A stretch of DNA of 64,000 bases from Kiritimatiellia bacterium (lineage in GTDB: Bacteria > Verrucomicrobiota > Kiritimatiellia > RFP12 > UBA1067). The notes beneath the pieces were generated by a model, which saw only the letters and a program-made list of their open reading frames with translations, was not told the origin of the DNA and did no database searches. Every line of letters begins with the position of its first letter. The first letter of the stretch is position 1. A program made the translations under genes and the position numbers. Positions 24,781 through 34,270 of the stretch are shown piece by piece. The stretch lies in the NCBI GenBank assembly GCA_045617985.1, contig JAZLJP010000054.1:3330-67329 (forward strand). The letters are read 5' to 3'.

Positions 24781-27700
24781 ATGACAAGAATGAAGCGAAC
24801 GGTTGGCTTGATCGGCGTGTGGGCGCTTGCGGCCTCTTCTTTTGGGGGAGACGCGAATTTCGTGCGCACGTTCGACGGCACGCTCGAGGGCGTGGGGTTT
24901 GCCGGGGGGGCGCAGACGGGCGCCTATGTGCTCGATCGGGGCGATGTGAAGGTCTGCAATAAAGTCTCGGGGAAACCGGTCTTCGTGAAGACGCCGTTCG
25001 GTACGGGCATTAAATCCTATTCGCCCTGGTATCACGAAGGCATGCCGGTGGTCAACGTCTTCGCGCTCGTCGTGCGCGCGAAAGCGACGGCCACGCCGAA
25101 CTACATTCTTGCGAACCTCGGAACGATGCGCGCGGAAAACGAGTCGCTGATGCTCGTGACGGAAAGCGCGCGGAGCGTGCGCCTTGCCGTGGTGTGCGGG
25201 GCGACGCCGAAGATCGTGCGGTCGGTTTCGGTGCCGGTGGCGGATGTCGAGCGCTTCCATTCGTATGCGCTCGTTCATGGCGCGGATGGCAACGTTTCCG
25301 TGTTTGTGGACGGAAAGGAGACGCTCGTGCGCCTTCCCTTTGCCTATTCCGAGGGCAGCCTTCAGATTCTCGGCGGCTACAACAAGCAGCGTTATCTGGG
25401 CGAATATGCGCATGGGTGCGTGAACGACGGAAACATCGTTGATGATGTGCGGTTCTTCGATCGGGCGCTGGCGGCGGCGGATCTTGCCGCGTGCGCCGCA
25501 GGGTGCCCCGCAGGCGAAGCGCGCGCGAAGCCGGCGGCGGGCGCGTGTGTGGAATGGCCCGTTTTGAAGCGCTATGACCAGAATCATGTGGAGCAGATCG
25601 TCCTGCCGCTCGGCGGCATCGGCGCGGGGACGATCGGCCTTGCGGGATATGGCGAGCTGCGCGATTGGGAGCTCTTCAATCGCCCGAACGTGGGGATGCG
25701 CCGCGATCTGCCCGTCTTCGCCATCACCGCGAAGGGCGGGAAAACGCAGAGGGCTAGTTCGATCCTGTCGGGCCCGGTGGACGACCATCCGCTCGTGCAG
25801 GGCTTCGGCAATCCGTGGCCGTATGCGGGGTATCCGCATTTCGAGGCGGTCAGCTTCGATGGCGCCTTCCCGTTCGGCATCGTGCATCTGCGGGATGCCA
25901 CGCTGCCGTATCGTGTGGATTTGAAGGCGTTCAGCCCGTTCGTGCCGGGCGATAGCGCGGCGAGTTCGACGCCGCTTGCTTCGTTTGAGTACGTGGTTGA
26001 AAACCTCACGGACGAACCGCTTACGGTGTCCATTGCCGGTTTTGGGCGCTCGGCGATGGGCGGCTACCATCTCATTCGCGAATCGGCGATGTTGCGCGGG
26101 CTCATGACCTGCTCTCTCTCGGGAGGAACGAGCCTCGATGCGGGCAGCTATGCGCTCGTGACGGATGACGAGGGCGAGGTTTCCTATCGCACGAGCGGCA
26201 TCCAGGGCGATCCGTGGGGCGTGAGCAATGCGGTCGACTTCTGGGATGATTTTACGGACGACGGGCGGCTCTTGCCGCGCGAGCGTTTCCATGACCGCAA
26301 CGGCCCGCAGGCGAGCCCCCAAGGCGCGCTTTGCGTCACGAAGACCGTGCCGGCGCATGCGAAGGTCTCCTTCCGCTTTGCCTACGTGTGGAACTTCCCC
26401 AATCGCTATGGTTGGTCGAAGGCGGTGATCGGCAACTGGTACTCGAAGAACTATGGCGACGCCTGGGATGCGGCGCATAAGATCTGGCCGAAGATTCCCG
26501 ACCTCGAACGGCGCTCGGCGAATTTCGTGCGCGCCTATGTGGCGAGCGACGAGCCGGAAGCCGTGAAGGACGCGGCGCTGAGCAGCCTTTCCGTGTACAA
26601 GAGCCAGACGCTCTTCCGTGACGGCGAGGGGCGGATGATGGGCTATGAAGGCATGGGCGATACGGGCGGCGCCTGCAAGGGCTCGACAACGCACGTGTGG
26701 AACTACGAATTTGCGACGGCGGCGCTTTTCGGCGACCTTGCGCGGTCGATGCGCGAGATCGAATTCCGCTACTCCACGTTCGAGGACGGCTGGATGGTGA
26801 TGCGTTTCCGCCTGCCCCTGGAAAAGCAGGCGCGTGCGGTGGACTGGGATTCCGGCACCGCCGCCGACGGGCAGATGGGGTGCATCGTCAAGGCGTATCG
26901 CGAGTGGAAGTGGTCGGGCGATTCGGCGTGGCTCAAGTCCATTTGGCCGAAGGTGAAGGCGGCGCTCGCGTTCGCGTGGAAGGGCGCGAGCAAGTGGGAT
27001 GCCAATGCCGACGGCGTGATGGAAGGCAAGCAGCACAATACGTTCGATATCAATTTCTACGGGCCGAACCCGCTCGTCGAATTCTGGTATCTCGCGGCGT
27101 TGCGCGCGGGCGAAGAGATGGCGAAGGGCATGGGGGACGATGCCTTTGCGGCCGAGTGCCGGCGTCTTTTCACGAGCGGCAGCCGTTTCGTCGACGAGAA
27201 GATGTTCAACGGCGACTACTTCTGGCAGCTCATTCCCGAAGACAAGCAGGGCGAACCGGCGCAGCTCGGCCTTGGCTGCCTGAGCGACCAGCTCCTCGGC
27301 CAGCAGGCGGCCCATCTTGCGGGGCTCGGCGATCTCGTCGATCCCGCCCATGCCAAACGCGCTTCGGAAAGCATTCTGAAGTTCAATTTCCGTAGCGATT
27401 TCACGCACTACTTCAACCACAAGCGCGTGTACGCGGCCGGCAAGGATGCGGGGTTGCAGATCACGAGCTGGCCGCGCGGTGGCCGCGAAAAGTTCCCGTT
27501 CGCCTATTACAGCGAAGTGTGGACCGGTATCGAATACGTGGCGGCGGCGGAAATGGCCAATGAGGGCCTTGATACGGCGGCGCTCCAGGTGGTGAGCGCG
27601 GCGCGCGCGCGTCATGACGGCCGCCGGCGCAATCCGTTCAACGAGTTCGAATGCGGCTACCACTACGCGCGTTCGCTCGCGGCCTGGAACGTGCACCTCG

Positions 27701-27876
27701 CCTGGACGGGCTTCCAGTATGATGGCGTAGAGAAGCGGATGTCGTTCAAGAAGGACGGCACCTGGTTCTGGAGCAACGGCCAGGCCTTCGGTACGGCCAC
27801 GGTGAAAGGAAACGACATCAAGCTGAACGTCATCGAAGGGCGCCTCCCCGATAGCCTGAAAGTCGAACGCCGTTAA
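24781..27876 (+). CDS. GH116-family glycosidase with extra N-terminal ConA/LamG-like domain
   Basis: AGGAGG lies 8 nt upstream of the ATG at 24781 (24760 is an alternative start). Signal peptide MTRMKRTVGLIGVWALAASSFG. An N-terminal module of about 260 aa ends in the LamG-style DDVRFFDRAL. GH116 motifs follow: PLGGIGAGTIGLAGYG, CLSDQLLGQ, YYSEVWTGIEY. Confidence 0.8.
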   Translation: MTRMKRTVGLIGVWALAASSFGGDANFVRTFDGTLEGVGFAGGAQTGAYVLDRGDVKVCNKVSGKPVFVKTPFGTGIKSYSPWYHEGMPVVNVFALVVRAKATATPNYILANLGTMRAENESLMLVTESARSVRLAVVCGATPKIVRSVSVPVADVERFHSYALVHGADGNVSVFVDGKETLVRLPFAYSEGSLQILGGYNKQRYLGEYAHGCVNDGNIVDDVRFFDRALAAADLAACAAGCPAGEARAKPAAGACVEWPVLKRYDQNHVEQIVLPLGGIGAGTIGLAGYGELRDWELFNRPNVGMRRDLPVFAITAKGGKTQRASSILSGPVDDHPLVQGFGNPWPYAGYPHFEAVSFDGAFPFGIVHLRDATLPYRVDLKAFSPFVPGDSAASSTPLASFEYVVENLTDEPLTVSIAGFGRSAMGGYHLIRESAMLRGLMTCSLSGGTSLDAGSYALVTDDEGEVSYRTSGIQGDPWGVSNAVDFWDDFTDDGRLLPRERFHDRNGPQASPQGALCVTKTVPAHAKVSFRFAYVWNFPNRYGWSKAVIGNWYSKNYGDAWDAAHKIWPKIPDLERRSANFVRAYVASDEPEAVKDAALSSLSVYKSQTLFRDGEGRMMGYEGMGDTGGACKGSTTHVWNYEFATAALFGDLARSMREIEFRYSTFEDGWMVMRFRLPLEKQARAVDWDSGTAADGQMGCIVKAYREWKWSGDSAWLKSIWPKVKAALAFAWKGASKWDANADGVMEGKQHNTFDINFYGPNPLVEFWYLAALRAGEEMAKGMGDDAFAAECRRLFTSGSRFVDEKMFNGDYFWQLIPEDKQGEPAQLGLGCLSDQLLGQQAAHLAGLGDLVDPAHAKRASESILKFNFRSDFTHYFNHKRVYAAGKDAGLQITSWPRGGREKFPFAYYSEVWTGIEYVAAAEMANEGLDTAALQVVSAARARHDGRRRNPFNEFECGYHYARSLAAWNVHLAWTGFQYDGVEKRMSFKKDGTWFWSNGQAFGTATVKGNDIKLNVIEGRLPDSLKVERR

Positions 27877-27887
27877 ACGCGGGATCG

Positions 27888-28226
27888 ATGGCGATGACGG
27901 ATTTTACATGCCATCGGTGTGGGGCCTGCTGCCGTATCAAGGATGGCATCTGTCGGGTGTCCGACAAGGAAATTGCGGCGATCGCGCAGTTCCTCGGCAT
28001 GAGCGAGGCCGATTTCATCGCGCATGAAACCGAACTCGCACCCGATCGGAAAACCCTGATGCTGCCGAATCGTTCCGATGGCGCCTGCGCCTATCTTACG
28101 GACGACAACCGTTGCCGCATCTACCCCGTGCGCCCCGAAAAATGCCGCACGTTCCCCTACGAATGGACCAACGCCCACTCGCACGCCTACTGCCCGGGGC
28201 TTCGGGGATTGAAAAAGGACAAGTGA
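27888..28226 (+). CDS. YkgJ-family cysteine-cluster protein (UPF0153)
   Basis: 112 aa. CHRCGACCR, then later C...C and CRIYPVRPEKCRTFP, typical of the YkgJ/CxxCxxCC family. Confidence 0.7.
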   Translation: MAMTDFTCHRCGACCRIKDGICRVSDKEIAAIAQFLGMSEADFIAHETELAPDRKTLMLPNRSDGACAYLTDDNRCRIYPVRPEKCRTFPYEWTNAHSHAYCPGLRGLKKDK

Positions 28227-28235
28227 GGTCGAACC

Positions 28236-30752
28236 ATGTTCAAAGCGAATAAAGCAAAGACATCGAAAATGAAGCGCGTTCTTTTGGCGTTAGGCTGCGC
28301 GATGGGAACGATGGCGGGGGCGATTGCGCCCGATGGCACGAACCCGATCATCAAGGACCGTTTCACCCCCGATCCGGCGGCCGTGGCGGACGGCGACTGG
28401 CTCTACGTGTTCACCGGCCATGACGAGCCGGATGCGCGCGGCTACAAGATGAAGAACTGGCAGGTGTTCGGCACCACCAATCTCGTCGACTGGGTGGACT
28501 GGGGGGCGGTGATGGATACATCGACCTTCAAGTGGGCGCATCAGGGCAATCGCGCGTGGGCGAGCGAGGCCGTCAAACGCGACGGCAAGTGGTACTGGTA
28601 CGTGGCCGTGGCGGGCGAAGGCCCGTATCGCGGCGACTGTATCGGCGTAGCCGTGGCGGACCGCGTGGAGGGGCCGTGGCGGGATCCGATCGCTCGCCCG
28701 CTCGTGGGCCCCGGCCGGGGGTACATCGATCCGTCCGTGATGGTGGACGACGACGGCCGCGCCTATCTCTTCTGGGGCAACTGCGGCGGCAAGCCCGGCT
28801 GCTGGTATGCGGAGCTCACGCGCGAGATGACGGCGCTTGCGAGCCCCGTGAAGCCGGTGCCCGGCCTTATGGACGAGGCGGCCTTCGGAAAGCCCCTCAA
28901 GAAAAAGCGCGGCGCCGGCGCGTATAAGCCGATCGATACGAACTTCGAAGAGGCTCCCTGGATCTACAAGGCGGGCGACACCTACTATCTCGAATACGCG
29001 GCGGGCGGCGTGCCGGAACACTGGGCGTATTCAACGGCGAAGTCGATCCACGGGCCCTGGACGTATCGCGGGCGCATTCTCGACGAACCGTTCAACACGG
29101 GAACGATCCACGGCGGCAGCGTGTGCTGGAAGGGAAACTGGTACATGGTCTACCACAACGCGGCGCTTCCGAACGGCGCCGACGCGCGGCGCAGTTTCTG
29201 CATCGAACGCTACACGCGCCGTGCGGATGGTTCGATTCCGTTCATCCACCAGACGAAGGCGGGCGTTTCCTCCACGCCGCTCGTGCCGCCCACCCTGTGG
29301 GCGGACGTTCCCGATATCGCCATCTGCCGCAAGGGGAAGAAGTACTACATGGTCTCCACGACCATGCACATGAACCCGGGCATTCCGGTGATGGTCTCTA
29401 CGAACCTCGTGGACTGGACGATGGCCAGGTCATGCTACCGAACGATCGAGAACCGTGCGAAAGACCGGCTCGAGAACGGCGAAAACGATTACAGTTTTGG
29501 CACGTGGGCGTCGTCCATCCGCTACAATCCCGACGACGATTATTTCTACGTGACGAGCTTCAACCGGCATGTGGACGCCACCTATCTTTTCCGCACGAAG
29601 GATCCCGAGGAGGGCGAATGGCAGTTCTTCCGCCTTCATCCGCAGCAGTACGACGAATCGATCTGGATTGAAAACGGACGCTTCTGGATCTACGCGACGG
29701 TGCCGGGGCGCCCCTATCGGGTGCGGCTCACGGAAATCAAGCCCGACTTCTCCGGGTTCGTCGACGGCGGCGAGATCGTTCTGCCCGAAGTGGCGGATGT
29801 GTGCGGCGGCGGCTTTGGCGAGGGCTCGCAGGTGTTCAAGCGCGACGGCTGGTACTATCTCGTTAACATCACGTGGCCGCGTGGCAGCTGCCGCACGGTG
29901 GTCGTGCACCGCTCGCGCACGATGAAGGGGCCGTGGGAGGGGAAGGTGGTCTTCTCGTTCCAGGGCATCGCGCAGGGCTCGTTCATCGACGACGAGAAGG
30001 GCAATTGGTACGGCTACTTTTTCGGCGACCGGGGCGGCGTGGGGCGCTGCCCGTACGTCATGCCCGTCACGTGGCAGGACGGCTGGCCGGTCGTTGAAAA
30101 GAAATTCTTCCATCGTGCCGCGGGTTCGATGCCGGGCGTCGTCAAGAGCGACGATTTCGATTCGCCCACGCTCGATCGCGTGTGGCAGTGGAACCACAAT
30201 CCGCTCGACGAGCTGTGGTCGCTTTCGGCGCGGCCCGGATGGCTGCGCCTGACGACCGACCGTACGGCGCCGGTCATCACCGCGGCGTGCAACACGGTGA
30301 CGCAGCGCTGCTGGGGGCCGGCGTGCCGCGCGGAGACGTGCCTTGATTTTGCGGGCTTGAAGCCGGGGGACGTTGCGGGCTTGACGCTCTTTCAGGCGGA
30401 GTGGGGGTATGTGGGCATCGCGATGGAAGAGGCGGGGCCCGTACTTGTGCGGCGCGCCTTGCGCGAGCGCGAAGTGCGCGTTCCCGTGCCGGCGGGCCTT
30501 GCGCGCGTCTACCTGCGCGCGACGGGCGACTTCTCGCCGCTCCCGAATCCCTCCTTTTCGGGCATTCCGCGCAGCGCCGACAAGGGCCGCTTCTTCTTCA
30601 GTTTCGACAACCAGGCCTGGTTCCCCGTGGGCGGCGAAATGCGCCTCCCCTATTCGATGCCCCACTTCATGGGCTATCGCTTCGGCCTCTTCTGCTATTC
30701 GACGACCACCCCCGGAGGCCAAGCCGATTTCGACTACCTCCATCTCAAGTAG
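28236..30752 (+). CDS. tandem GH43 glycosidase (two five-bladed propeller modules + C-terminal ConA-like GH43_C2 domain)
   Basis: 838 aa. Module 1: NPIIKDRFTPDPAAV...WYWYVAV...EAPWIYKAGDTYYLEYA. Module 2: LWADVPDIAICRKGKKYYMVSTTMHMNPGIPVMVSTNLVDW...EGSQVFKRDGWYYLV. C-terminal DDFDSPTLDRVWQWNHNP...PGWLRLT. An alternative start is at 28269. Confidence 0.8.
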   Translation: MFKANKAKTSKMKRVLLALGCAMGTMAGAIAPDGTNPIIKDRFTPDPAAVADGDWLYVFTGHDEPDARGYKMKNWQVFGTTNLVDWVDWGAVMDTSTFKWAHQGNRAWASEAVKRDGKWYWYVAVAGEGPYRGDCIGVAVADRVEGPWRDPIARPLVGPGRGYIDPSVMVDDDGRAYLFWGNCGGKPGCWYAELTREMTALASPVKPVPGLMDEAAFGKPLKKKRGAGAYKPIDTNFEEAPWIYKAGDTYYLEYAAGGVPEHWAYSTAKSIHGPWTYRGRILDEPFNTGTIHGGSVCWKGNWYMVYHNAALPNGADARRSFCIERYTRRADGSIPFIHQTKAGVSSTPLVPPTLWADVPDIAICRKGKKYYMVSTTMHMNPGIPVMVSTNLVDWTMARSCYRTIENRAKDRLENGENDYSFGTWASSIRYNPDDDYFYVTSFNRHVDATYLFRTKDPEEGEWQFFRLHPQQYDESIWIENGRFWIYATVPGRPYRVRLTEIKPDFSGFVDGGEIVLPEVADVCGGGFGEGSQVFKRDGWYYLVNITWPRGSCRTVVVHRSRTMKGPWEGKVVFSFQGIAQGSFIDDEKGNWYGYFFGDRGGVGRCPYVMPVTWQDGWPVVEKKFFHRAAGSMPGVVKSDDFDSPTLDRVWQWNHNPLDELWSLSARPGWLRLTTDRTAPVITAACNTVTQRCWGPACRAETCLDFAGLKPGDVAGLTLFQAEWGYVGIAMEEAGPVLVRRALREREVRVPVPAGLARVYLRATGDFSPLPNPSFSGIPRSADKGRFFFSFDNQAWFPVGGEMRLPYSMPHFMGYRFGLFCYSTTTPGGQADFDYLHLK

Positions 30753-30770
30753 TCAAGAAAGGAACAGGAG

Positions 30771-32726
30771 ATGAAAATTGTTGGAACCGCCTTTGCGGCG
30801 CTTGGTTTCGCGTTCGCGGCGATGGGGGCTTCTCCGGCGGGTCTGCTGCCGGCGGAAGTCGGGCTTGGGTGGACGAATGGATGGGTGGCCGCCTGGGTGC
30901 GTGACGTACCGGGGCTGACGGTTGCCGACAGCACGGTGCGCGAGAGCGAAGGACGGGTCAAGGTGGTGCGGCGGTGGACGTGGCACGGCAAGGCGCCGCT
31001 TGAACGGGTGACGCTGGGCGTGCGGTACCACATGGCGGGCGATACGCGCGCGCTCAAGCCGTTCATTCCCGGCGTGCTCCTCTACGGCAATCCGTCCAAT
31101 GCCGGCCGTCGCGATGGCCGCGTGAGCGTGTATGCGGGCGAGCCGGATGAATTTGCGATTTTCGAAGAGCATCGCCTCCCGATGCCGTTCGCGCTGTTGG
31201 AACATGCCCAGACGGGCGACTTTGCCGCGCTCCATGTGCTGCCTTCGCCCGTGCGCGGGGCGGCGCGTGAAGACCTGTGGTGGAGCGTGGGCGTGGAGGC
31301 GAAGGCGGATGGCGCCGACCTCGTGATGCTCTCGGGGCCCGTGGGCTACAATCGGCGGCGGTCCGTTGTGAAAGCGCTCCAGCGCGGCGCACTGCCCTAC
31401 GACAACACCTACATCACGCTCTCTCCGGGCCAGGTCGTTGAAAAGACCTTCTGGATTCAAACGGGCCGCGCGAGCAACGCGTGCTTCGGTTTTGAACGGG
31501 CGCTTGGCATGGCGCTCGAGCTCTTTCCGCCCTACGATCTCTCCCGTTATGCGCGCGGGAGCGAAATCGTTTCGATGAAGCGCGCGTATGCGCTCACGCG
31601 CTGGGTGGAGGACGCCGCCTCCGGCGGATGCGGGTTCAACATGATGAACCGTGCAACGGGCCTGCGCTTTCTCACGGTGGGCTGGTGCGGTTGCGCGGTG
31701 TCGTGCGCGTATGCGCTGCCGGTTCTCGATTTCGATCCCGCCGATTGGACGAAGGCGCAGCGCGCGCTCGACTTCCTCTCCGATCGGCTCGGCCGGGCGA
31801 AGGCGCGCCCTGACGGCCTCTTCCCCGCGACGATTCGTTTCCCGAACCTGCGGATGACCGGCGGCGATCCCGTCTCCTGCGGGCAGGGGCTCTACTGCAT
31901 TTTGAAGGCGATTCGCTTTTCCGAACGCGCCAAGGGGCGCCTCGATGCGGCCAAATGGCGGGCGTTTGCCGATCGCACGGCGGGGAATATCGCGCGCGCG
32001 ATTCTCGCGCCCGATTGGCGTGCGCCGCATTCAACGGGGCCGGGTTTTTTGATTGCGCCGCTCGTGCTTGCCTCGGACATCTTCGGCCGAGAGGAGTATC
32101 TGCGTGCGGCGCTGAAACTCGCCGAGTCCTTCGCCGCCAAGTATACGGGCTACGACCACGTCTATTGGGGCGGCACGCTCGATGCGTCCTGCGAAGACAA
32201 GGAAGGGGCCATGGCCGCGTTCCAAGGGTATGTGGCGATTTTGAAGCATGCCGTCAAAACGAAGGACGCCGCGCTCGAACGCCGCTACGCGCGCCTCGCC
32301 ACGCACGCGCTCCATCTGATGCTCACCTACACGATGATCTGGGACGCCACCTATCCCCCCGGGCGCCTCAGCGACCACGCGTTCAAGTCGACGGGCTGGA
32401 CCGTCGTTTCGGCGCAGAACCAGCACCTCGACGCATTCGGCGTTCTCGCAACGCCCGACATCTGGTGGATGGGCGACTATCTGAAGGACGCGCGCTACAA
32501 GACGCTCGCCAAGATCATGTACCGCAGCTGCTTCCAGCTCACCGATGCCGCAGGCTCGCTCGGCGAACAGATCCAGCACACCAACTTCGCCCAGCAGGGC
32601 GACATGAGCGACGTGCGGAAATTGCGCGGCGGCTATTCCGAACACTGGACGGTGCTCTGGCTCACGGCCCACTTCCTCAACGCCGCCGCCGAATTCAAGG
32701 AAATGGGCGTTTCCCTGGATGAATAG
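30771..32726 (+). CDS. hypothetical secreted protein (unassigned; possibly beta-sandwich + alpha/alpha-toroid)
   Basis: 651 aa. GGAACAGGAG Shine-Dalgarno sequence and signal peptide MKIVGTAFAALGFAFAAMGASPAG. I recognise no family motifs. The gene sits inside a CAZyme operon. Confidence 0.6.
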   Translation: MKIVGTAFAALGFAFAAMGASPAGLLPAEVGLGWTNGWVAAWVRDVPGLTVADSTVRESEGRVKVVRRWTWHGKAPLERVTLGVRYHMAGDTRALKPFIPGVLLYGNPSNAGRRDGRVSVYAGEPDEFAIFEEHRLPMPFALLEHAQTGDFAALHVLPSPVRGAAREDLWWSVGVEAKADGADLVMLSGPVGYNRRRSVVKALQRGALPYDNTYITLSPGQVVEKTFWIQTGRASNACFGFERALGMALELFPPYDLSRYARGSEIVSMKRAYALTRWVEDAASGGCGFNMMNRATGLRFLTVGWCGCAVSCAYALPVLDFDPADWTKAQRALDFLSDRLGRAKARPDGLFPATIRFPNLRMTGGDPVSCGQGLYCILKAIRFSERAKGRLDAAKWRAFADRTAGNIARAILAPDWRAPHSTGPGFLIAPLVLASDIFGREEYLRAALKLAESFAAKYTGYDHVYWGGTLDASCEDKEGAMAAFQGYVAILKHAVKTKDAALERRYARLATHALHLMLTYTMIWDATYPPGRLSDHAFKSTGWTVVSAQNQHLDAFGVLATPDIWWMGDYLKDARYKTLAKIMYRSCFQLTDAAGSLGEQIQHTNFAQQGDMSDVRKLRGGYSEHWTVLWLTAHFLNAAAEFKEMGVSLDE

Positions 32727-32753
32727 GAAATTCTTTCCCTTGTTTCTGGATTT

Positions 32754-32762
32754 TGTTATAAT
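32754..32762 (+). promoter_or_regulatory. extended -10 promoter upstream of the GH109-like gene
   Basis: TGTTATAAT in the 81-nt AT-richer gap between 32726 and 32808. Confidence 0.45.
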
Positions 32763-32807
32763 GAACTCCGTTGATTCGCTGTTAAGGGTGATTTAGAATT
32801 AAGGAAA

Positions 32808-34205
32808 ATGACTATGGCACAGACAAGAAGAGACTTTCTCGCGCAGAGCGTGTGGATGGGCGCCGCGATGGCCCTGGCGGGATGCACGTCGAACGGAAAA
32901 GGCCTGTTGGGCGGAACCGTTGGCGCGCCGATGCATGGGTTCGTGGCGCCGAAACTCGATCAGGTGCGCGTGGCGGTCGTTGGCGTGGGCGGGCGCGGCA
33001 GCGGGGCCGTGCGGCGGCTCGCGCGGATTCCGGGCGTGAAGATCGCCGCGGTGTGCGACCTCGTTGAGGGGAAGGTGGCGGCCAATGCGAATTGGTTGAA
33101 AACGAATTTGAAGTACGAGCCGCGGCGCTACGTGGGGCCGGAGGCGTATCGCGCGATTTGCGATGCGGCGGATATCGACGTCGTCTATGTGGCGACCTCC
33201 TGGGATGTTCACGCGCCCATCGCGCTCGCGGGCATGCGGGGCGGCAAGCATGCGTTCATCGAGGTGCCGGCCGCCGTGACGCTCGACGAATGCTGGGAAC
33301 TCGTGGAGACGAGCGAGGCGACGCGGCGCAACTGCATGCAGCTTGAAAACTGCTGCTACGGCGAAATCGAAATGCTCACGTTCCATCTTGCGCGCCTGGG
33401 GATGTTCGGCGAGCTCGTGCACGCCGAGGGCGCGTACATCCACGATCTGCGCGGCATGGCGCTCGCGGCGAAGGGCGCGGGCGAATGGTGGCGCTATGGC
33501 TTCAACCGCGACCGCAAGGGCAACATGTACCCCACGCACGGTCTCGTGCCGCTCTGCCTGACGTTCGACATCAACCGCGGGGACCGGATGGACTACCTCG
33601 TATCGCTCGAGTCGCAGCAGGCGAACTTCAAGGCGCTCCAACAGGCGCGCCTTGCGGATACGGATCCGCGCAAGGCCGAGCCCGTGGCGATGGGCGACAT
33701 GAATACGACGTTGATCAAGACGAAGAAGGGCCGTTCCATCATGGTCCAGCACGACGTTTCGACGCCCCGTCCCTATTCCCGCATCCAGTTCGTTTCCGGC
33801 ACGAAGGGCGCGATTGGCGACTATCCCTACCGCGTCGCGTTCGAGCAGAGGCCCGGCAGCGGCGCCCACGCCTGGTTCAACGAGGCGCAGGCGGCGGAAA
33901 TCCGCGAGAAGTATCGCCATCCGCTCTGGAAGACGGCGGGTGAAATCGCCAAGAAGGTGGGCGGCCACGGCGGCATGGACTTCCTGATGGATCTGCGGTG
34001 GGTGTACTGCCTGCGGAACGGCTTGCCGCTCGATATGGACGTCTACGACCTCGCAACCACGTGTTCGCTCTGCGAGCTGTGCGAGCAGTCCGTGCGCAAC
34101 AAGTCCCGGGCGATGGACGTGCCGGACTTCACCCGCGGGGCATGGCGCACGACGAAGCCGCTTGGCCTCGTCGACGTCGACCTCAAGAAGGCCGGCTACG
34201 TGTAA
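32808..34205 (+). CDS. Tat-exported Gfo/Idh/MocA-family NAD-dependent glycosidase-like protein (GH109-like)
   Basis: Twin-arginine signal MTMAQTRRDFLAQSVWMGAAMALAGC. Rossmann motif VAVVGVGGRGSGAV. Size (465 aa) and layout match GH109-type enzymes. Confidence 0.7.
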   Translation: MTMAQTRRDFLAQSVWMGAAMALAGCTSNGKGLLGGTVGAPMHGFVAPKLDQVRVAVVGVGGRGSGAVRRLARIPGVKIAAVCDLVEGKVAANANWLKTNLKYEPRRYVGPEAYRAICDAADIDVVYVATSWDVHAPIALAGMRGGKHAFIEVPAAVTLDECWELVETSEATRRNCMQLENCCYGEIEMLTFHLARLGMFGELVHAEGAYIHDLRGMALAAKGAGEWWRYGFNRDRKGNMYPTHGLVPLCLTFDINRGDRMDYLVSLESQQANFKALQQARLADTDPRKAEPVAMGDMNTTLIKTKKGRSIMVQHDVSTPRPYSRIQFVSGTKGAIGDYPYRVAFEQRPGSGAHAWFNEAQAAEIREKYRHPLWKTAGEIAKKVGGHGGMDFLMDLRWVYCLRNGLPLDMDVYDLATTCSLCELCEQSVRNKSRAMDVPDFTRGAWRTTKPLGLVDVDLKKAGYV

Positions 34206-34270
34206 GATTCCCGATGGTGAAAAGTCGGTAATGGTTTTCAGAGATTTCTGCGATAGAAAGGAAAGAGAAA

